A DNA stretch of 10,377 nt from a virus (taxonomy: Duplodnaviria; Heunggongvirae; Uroviricota; Caudoviricetes). This document shows, one piece after another, positions 5,927 to 10,377 of this stretch. The notes under the pieces were generated by a model, which was given only the letters and a program-made list of their open reading frames with translations, was not told where the DNA came from and ran no database searches. The translations under genes and the position numbers were made by a program. The stretch lies in the IMG/VR virus record IMGVR_UViG_2690316246_000004; one strand, written 5' to 3'. Each line of letters starts with the position of its first letter. Position 1 is the stretch's first letter.

Positions 5927-8900
5927 GGTCCGGTGGATGGATTAAAAAGCGTGCTGCTGAACGGTACGCCGGTCCTGGACAGCGAGGGGAAGACAAACTT
6001 TTCCGGTGTTACGGTGGTGTTCCGTGCAGGTGAGCAGGAGCAGACACCGCCGGAGGGTTTTGAATCCTCCGGCTCCGAGACGGTGCTGGGTACGGAAGTG
6101 AAATATGACACGCCGATCACCCGGACCATCACGTCGGCAAACATCGACCGTCTGCGCCTGACCTTCGGTGTGCAGGCACTGGTGGAAACCACCTCAAAGG
6201 GTGACCGGAATCCGTCGGAAGTCCGCCTGCTGGTTCAGATACAGCGTAACGGTGGCTGGGTGACGGAAAAAGACATCACCATTAAGGGCAAAACCACTTC
6301 GCAGTATCTGGCCTCGGTGGTGGTGGGTAACCTGCCGCCGCGCCCGTTTAATATCCGGATGCGCAGGATGACACCGGACAGCACCACAGACCAGCTGCAG
6401 AACAAAACGCTCTGGTCGTCGTACACCGAAATCATCGATGTGAAACAGTGCTACCCGAACACGGCGCTGGTCGGCGTGCAGGTGGATTCAGAGCAGTTCG
6501 GTAACCAGCAGGTGAGTCGCAATTATCATCTTCGCGGGCGCATTCTGCAGGTGCCGTCGAACTATAACCCGCAGACGCGGCAATACAGCGGTATCTGGGA
6601 CGGAACGCTTAAGCCAGCATACAGCAACAACATGGCCTGGTGTCTGTGGGACATGCTCACTCATCCGCGCTACGGCATGGGGAAACGTCTTGGTGCGGCA
6701 GATGTGGACAAATGGGCGCTGTATGTCATCGGCCAGTACTGCGACCAGTCAGTGACGGACGGATTTGGCGGCACGGAGCCGCGCATCACCTGTAACTCTT
6801 ACCTGACCACACAGCGTAAGGCGTGGGATGTTCTCAGTGATTTCTGCTCGGCGATGCGCTGTATGCCGGTATGGAACGGACAGATGCTGACGTTCGTGCA
6901 GGACCGACCGTCGGATAAGGTGTGGACCTATAACCGCAGTAATGTGGTGATGCCGGACGATGGCGCGCCGTTCCGCTACAGCTTCAGCGCCCTGAAGGAC
7001 CGCCATAATGCCGTTGAGGTGAACTGGATTGACCCGGATAACGGCTGGGAGACGGCGACAGAGCTTGTGGAGGATACGCAGGCCATTGCCCGTTACGGTC
7101 GTAATGTCACGAAGATGGATGCCTTTGGCTGTACCAGCCGGGGGCAGGCACACCGCGCCGGGCTGTGGCTGATTAAAACGGAACTGCTGGAAACGCAGAC
7201 CGTGGACTTCAGCGTGGGCGCAGAAGGGCTTCGCCATGTACCGGGTGATGTCATTGAAATCTGCGATGATGATTATGCCGGTATCAGCACCGGTGGTCGC
7301 GTACTGGCGGTGAACAGCCAGACCCGGACGCTGACGCTCGACCGTGAAATCACGCTGCCGTCCTCCGGTACCACGCTGATAAGCCTGGTTGACGGAAGTG
7401 GCAATCCGGTCAGCGTGGAGGTCCAGTCCGTCACCGACGGCGTGAAGGTGAAAGTGAGCCGGGTTCCTGACGGCGTTGCAGAATACAGCGTGTGGGGGCT
7501 GAAGCTGCCGACGCTGCACCAGCGATTGTTCCGCTGCGTGAGTATCCGTGAGAACGACGACGGCACGTATGCCATCACCGCCGTGCAGCATGTGCCGGAA
7601 AAAGAGGCCATCGTGGATAACGGGGCACACTTTGACGGTGACCGGCGCGGCACGGTGAATGGTGTCACGCCGCCAGCGGTGCAGCACCTGACTGCCGAAG
7701 TCACCGCAGACAGCGGGGAATATCAGGTGCTGGCGCGATGGGACACGCCGAAGGTGGTGAAGGGTGTGAGCTTCCTGCTTCGCCTGACCGTGGCAGCGGA
7801 CGACGGCAGTGAGCGGCTGGTCAGCACAGCCAGGACGACGGAAACCACATACCGCTTCAGGCAGCTGGCGCTGGGGAATTACAGTCTGACAGTCCGGGCG
7901 GTAAATGCCCGGGGGCAGCAGGGCGATCCGGCGTCGGTATCGTTCCGGATTGCCGCACCGGCAGCGCTGTCGCGGATTGAGCTGACGCCGGGCTATTTTC
8001 AGATAACCGCCACGCCGCATCTTGCGGTTTATGATCCGACGGTACAGTTTGAGTTCTGGTTCTCGGAAAAGCGGATTGCGGATATCAGGCAGGTTGAAAC
8101 CACAGCACGCTATCTTGGCACGGCGCTGTACTGGATAGCCGCCAGTATCAATATCAGGCCGGGCCATGATTATTATTTTTACGTTCGCAGTGTGAACACC
8201 GTTGGCAAATCGGCATTTGTGGAGGCCATCGGTCGGGCGAGCGATGATGCAGAAGGTTATCTGAATTTTTATAAAGGGTTGATCAATAAAACGCATCTCG
8301 GCAAGGAGTTGTGGACGCAGATTGATAACGGTCAGCTTGCGCCGGACCTGACTGAAATCAGGACGTCCATTACGAATGTCAGCAATGAAATCACGCAAAC
8401 CGTCAATAAAAAACTGGAAAATCAGAGTGCTGCAATCCAGCAGATACAGAAAGTTCAGGTTGATACAAATAATAACCTGAACAGCATGTGGGCTGTGAAG
8501 CTGCAACAGATGAAGGACGGACGCCTTTATATTGCGGGTATCGGTGCCGGTATTGAGAATACGCCAGCAGGAATGCAGAGTCAGGTGCTGCTGGCGGCAG
8601 ACAGGATTGCGATGATTAATCCTGCGAATGGCAACACAAAGCCGATGTTTGTTGGTCAGGGCGATCAGATATTCATGAACGACGTGTTCCTGAAATGCCT
8701 GACGGCTCCGACCATTACCAGCGGCGGTAATCCTCCGGCATTTTCCCTGACACCTGGCGGACGGCTGACGGCGAAAAATGCCGATATCAGCGGTAACGTG
8801 AACGCGAACTCCGGGACGCTCAACAACGTCACGATTAATAAGAACTGTCGGGTTCTGGGAAAATTGTCCGCGAACCAGATTGAAGGCGATCTCGTTAAAA

Positions 8901-9298
8901 CAGTGGGCAAACCTTTCCCACGGGACTCCCGGGCACCGGAGAGGTGGCCATCAGGGACCATTACCGTCAGGGTTTATGACGATCAGCCGTTTGATCGGCA
9001 AATTGTTATTCCCGCGGTGGCGTTTCGCGGTGCTAAACATGAGCGGAAGAATAACAATATTTATTCGTCATGCCGCCTGATAGTGAAGAAAAACGGTGCT
9101 GAAATTTATAACCGAACGACCCTGGATAATACGCTGATATATACGGGTGTTATTGATATGCCTGCCGGTCACGGTCACATGACGCTGGAGTTTTCTGTAT
9201 CGGCATGGCTGGTAAATGGCTGGTATCCCACAGCAAGTATCAGCGATTTGCTGGTTGTGGTGATGAAGAAAGCCACTGCAGGCATCACGATTAGCTGA
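5927..9298 (+). CDS. J: Host specificity / central tail fibre protein J, 5'-truncated by the gap (codon ~37 to stop); lambda-like C-terminal receptor-binding region
   Basis: Continuous 1123-codon frame. First 249 nt identical to 3632-3880. C-terminus ...[44 protein letters not shown] closely resembles my recollection of the lambda gpJ C-terminus (LamB-binding domain). The ORF-track start at 5933 is a GTG inside the protein. Confidence 0.9.
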   Translation, partial: GPVDGLKSVLLNGTPVLDSEGKTNFSGVTVVFRAGEQEQTPPEGFESSGSETVLGTEVKYDTPITRTITSANIDRLRLTFGVQALVETTSKGDRNPSEVRLLVQIQRNGGWVTEKDITIKGKTTSQYLASVVVGNLPPRPFNIRMRRMTPDSTTDQLQNKTLWSSYTEIIDVKQCYPNTALVGVQVDSEQFGNQQVSRNYHLRGRILQVPSNYNPQTRQYSGIWDGTLKPAYSNNMAWCLWDMLTHPRYGMGKRLGAADVDKWALYVIGQYCDQSVTDGFGGTEPRITCNSYLTTQRKAWDVLSDFCSAMRCMPVWNGQMLTFVQDRPSDKVWTYNRSNVVMPDDGAPFRYSFSALKDRHNAVEVNWIDPDNGWETATELVEDTQAIARYGRNVTKMDAFGCTSRGQAHRAGLWLIKTELLETQTVDFSVGAEGLRHVPGDVIEICDDDYAGISTGGRVLAVNSQTRTLTLDREITLPSSGTTLISLVDGSGNPVSVEVQSVTDGVKVKVSRVPDGVAEYSVWGLKLPTLHQRLFRCVSIRENDDGTYAITAVQHVPEKEAIVDNGAHFDGDRRGTVNGVTPPAVQHLTAEVTADSGEYQVLARWDTPKVVKGVSFLLRLTVAADDGSERLVSTARTTETTYRFRQLALGNYSLTVRAVNARGQQGDPASVSFRIAAPAALSRIELTPGYFQITATPHLAVYDPTVQFEFWFSEKRIADIRQVETTARYLGTALYWIAASINIRPGHDYYFYVRSVNTVGKSAFVEAIGRASDDAEGYLNFYKGLINKTHLGKELWTQIDNGQLAPDLTEIRTSITNVSNEITQTVNKKLENQSAAIQQIQKVQVDTNNNLNSMWAVKLQQMKDGRLYIAGIGAGIENTPAGMQSQVLLAADRIAMINPANGNTKPMFVGQGDQIFMNDVFLKCLTAPTITSGGNPPAFSLTPGGRLTAKNADISGNVNANSGTLNNVTINKNCRVLGKLSANQIEGDLVKTVGKPFPRDSRAPERWPSGTITVRVYDDQPFDRQIVIPAVAFRGAKHERKNNNIYSSCRLIVKKNGAEIYNRTTLDNTLIYTGVIDMPAGHGHMTLEFSVSAWLVNGWYPTASISDLLVVVMKKATAGITIS

Positions 9299-9317
9299 AT
9301 TTTATAACCCAGATACG

Positions 9318-9343
9318 GGCACCAGAAATGGTGCCTTTTTTAT
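9318..9343 (+). terminator. Rho-independent terminator downstream of J
   Basis: ggcacc-agaaat-ggtgcc stem-loop followed by TTTTTTATT, about 20 nt after the J stop. Confidence 0.6.
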
Positions 9344-9365
9344 TGCAGAAAAGCGAGAGGTAATT

Positions 9366-9965
9366 ATGCGTAAAGTTTGTGCAGCCATTTTGTCCGCAGC
9401 CATTTGCCTGGCCGTATCCGGTGCGCCTGCATGGGCGTCTGAACATCAGTCCACGCTGAGCGCCGGGTATCTTCAGACCCATACTGATATGCCAGGCAGC
9501 GATGACCTGAAGGGCATTAACGTGAAATACCGTTATGAGTTTACGGACACGCTGGGGCTGATTACGTCATTCAGTTATGCCAACGCTGAAGATGAGCAAA
9601 AAACGCATTACAGCGATACCCGCTGGCATGAGGATTCCGTGCGTAACCGCTGGTTCAGCGTGATGGCGGGGCCGTCTGTGCGCGTGAATGAATGGTTCAG
9701 CGCGTATGCGATGGCGGGCGTGGCTTACAGCCGTGTGTCGACCTTCTCCGGGGATTATCTCCGCGTAACTGACAACAAGGGGAAAACGCACGATGTGCTG
9801 ACCGGAAGTGATGGCGGTCGCCACAGCAACACGTCTCTGGCGTGGGGGGCTGGCGTGCAGTTTAACCCGACCGAATCCGTGGCCATTGACCTTGCTTATG
9901 AAGGTTCCGGCAGTGGTGACTGGCGCACTGACGGTTTCATCGTGGGTGTCGGTTATAAGTTCTGA
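9366..9965 (+). CDS. lom: Lom outer-membrane protein (Ail/Lom/OmpX beta-barrel family), 199 aa
   Basis: GAGAGG RBS before ATG 9366. Signal-peptide-like N-terminus (MRKVCAAILSAAICLAVSGAPAWA, then SEHQ). Alternating beta-strand pattern; C-terminus GVGYKF ends in Phe, typical of outer-membrane beta-barrels. Position after J as in lambda. Confidence 0.9.
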   Translation: MRKVCAAILSAAICLAVSGAPAWASEHQSTLSAGYLQTHTDMPGSDDLKGINVKYRYEFTDTLGLITSFSYANAEDEQKTHYSDTRWHEDSVRNRWFSVMAGPSVRVNEWFSAYAMAGVAYSRVSTFSGDYLRVTDNKGKTHDVLTGSDGGRHSNTSLAWGAGVQFNPTESVAIDLAYEGSGSGDWRTDGFIVGVGYKF

Positions 9966-9992
9966 TTAGCCAGGTAACACAGTGTTATGACT

Positions 9993-10017
9993 GCCCGCTG
10001 GTTCAGGCGGGCTTTTT
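9993..10017 (+). terminator. Rho-independent terminator downstream of lom
   Basis: gcccgc-tggttcag-gcgggc stem followed by TTTTT; located between the lom stop and the stf start. Confidence 0.55.
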
Positions 10018-10028
10018 GTGGGGTGAAT

Positions 10029-10355
10029 ATGGCAGTAAAGATTTCAGGTGTACTGAAAGATGGGGCGGGTAAACCTGTCGTAAATTGTGCGATTGAACTG
10101 CGGGCCAGAAGAACCAGTCCGACCGTTGTGGCACACGTTGTTGCCACTTGCGTGACGGACAATAACGGTGCTTATGTGATTGAGGCTGAGCCGGGGTATT
10201 ACGAGGTTGCGCTTCACTGTAACGGCTGGCAGCCAACCCGTGTCGGGGATATTGATGTGGCACCGACTGATGCACCGGGGACACTGAACGCGTTTCTGAA
10301 TGCACCAAAGGATGGTGATTTACGTCCGGAGGTGATGAAGTGTCAGCGCCAGTGA
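10029..10355 (+). CDS. stf: Side tail fibre protein N-terminal domain homologue (lambda Stf-like), 108-aa ORF
   Basis: MAVKISGVLKDG... matches the lambda Stf N-terminus as recalled. The ORF stops at TGA 10353-10355, and the other two frames also stop within about 10 nt. I prefer ATG 10029 over the upstream ATG 9987, which lies inside the terminator stem. Confidence 0.6.
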   Translation: MAVKISGVLKDGAGKPVVNCAIELRARRTSPTVVAHVVATCVTDNNGAYVIEAEPGYYEVALHCNGWQPTRVGDIDVAPTDAPGTLNAFLNAPKDGDLRPEVMKCQRQ

Positions 10356-10377
10356 TATAAGACGGTAATTCGCCATT

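Larger units (their letters stand above)
3632..6175 (+). repeat. Exact 249-bp duplicate of the J 5' region (3632-3880 equals 5927-6175), spanning the inserted allele-3 segment
   Basis: Base-by-base comparison of the two intervals shows identity. The intervening copy at 5235-5483 carries substitutions. Confidence 0.85.

Noticed and set aside
1487-6175. CRISPR array or other short-repeat system
   Set aside because: The repeats are kilobase-scale paralogous gene segments, not short direct repeats with unique spacers. No cas-like ORFs are present.
1414-6605. Genuine tandem triplication of the K-I-J module
   Set aside because: Every repeat junction coincides with an N-run, and no real bases bridge any junction. 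The copies are distinct alleles, and two flanking segments overlap perfectly. Scaffold concatenation explains this more simply.
6749-8506. 585-aa ORF on the minus strand inside J
   Set aside because: It lies entirely antisense to a well-supported conserved gene (J). The protein is Arg/Pro/Cys-rich and low-complexity, typical of antisense frames in GC-rich coding DNA, and has no RBS or recognisable domain.
5933-9298. Start of the 1121-aa J ORF at 5933
   Set aside because: The start is a GTG codon inside the J coding sequence (Val in the intact copies) immediately after the N-run. The true J start is the ATG seen at 3524 and 5127, so this copy is 5'-truncated by the gap.
9987-10028. Upstream ATG at 9987 as the stf start (122-aa ORF)
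   Set aside because: This ATG lies inside the lom terminator stem. The conserved Stf N-terminus (MAVKISGV...) begins at the ATG at 10029.
1-10377. A novel defence or other undescribed system embedded in the tail region
   Set aside because: Every sizeable + strand ORF is accounted for by the conserved lambda tail module (H, M, L, K, I, J, lom, stf). No unexplained intergenic space larger than about 70 nt exists, and no ORF of unknown function remains.

Overview
The window is a lambda-like (lambdoid, enterobacterial-type) siphophage tail-tip / host-specificity module, all on the + strand: the 3' end of tape-measure H, then M, L, K, I, J, the lom outer-membrane moron and the start of a side-tail-fibre (stf) homologue. 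Protein identities rest on recalled similarity to phage lambda gpM (109 aa), gpL (232 aa), gpK, gpI (223 aa), gpJ, Lom and the Stf N-terminus, plus conserved gene order; no database search was run. The window is not one contiguous locus. Three N-runs (2243-2253, 3881, 5916-5926) split it into four segments, and each segment restarts upstream of where the previous one stopped, so K, I and the J 5' region appear as three distinct alleles. This looks like a scaffold or assembly concatenation of paralogous prophage tail modules, not a real tandem array. Several ORF-track entries (I-K and J-K fusions, the 199-aa K, the 1121-aa J) are artefacts of reading through N-runs or of internal start codons. 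I found no evidence for a novel defence or other undescribed system: every sizeable ORF is accounted for by the lambda tail module, and the long minus-strand ORFs look like antisense artefacts of GC-rich coding sequence.
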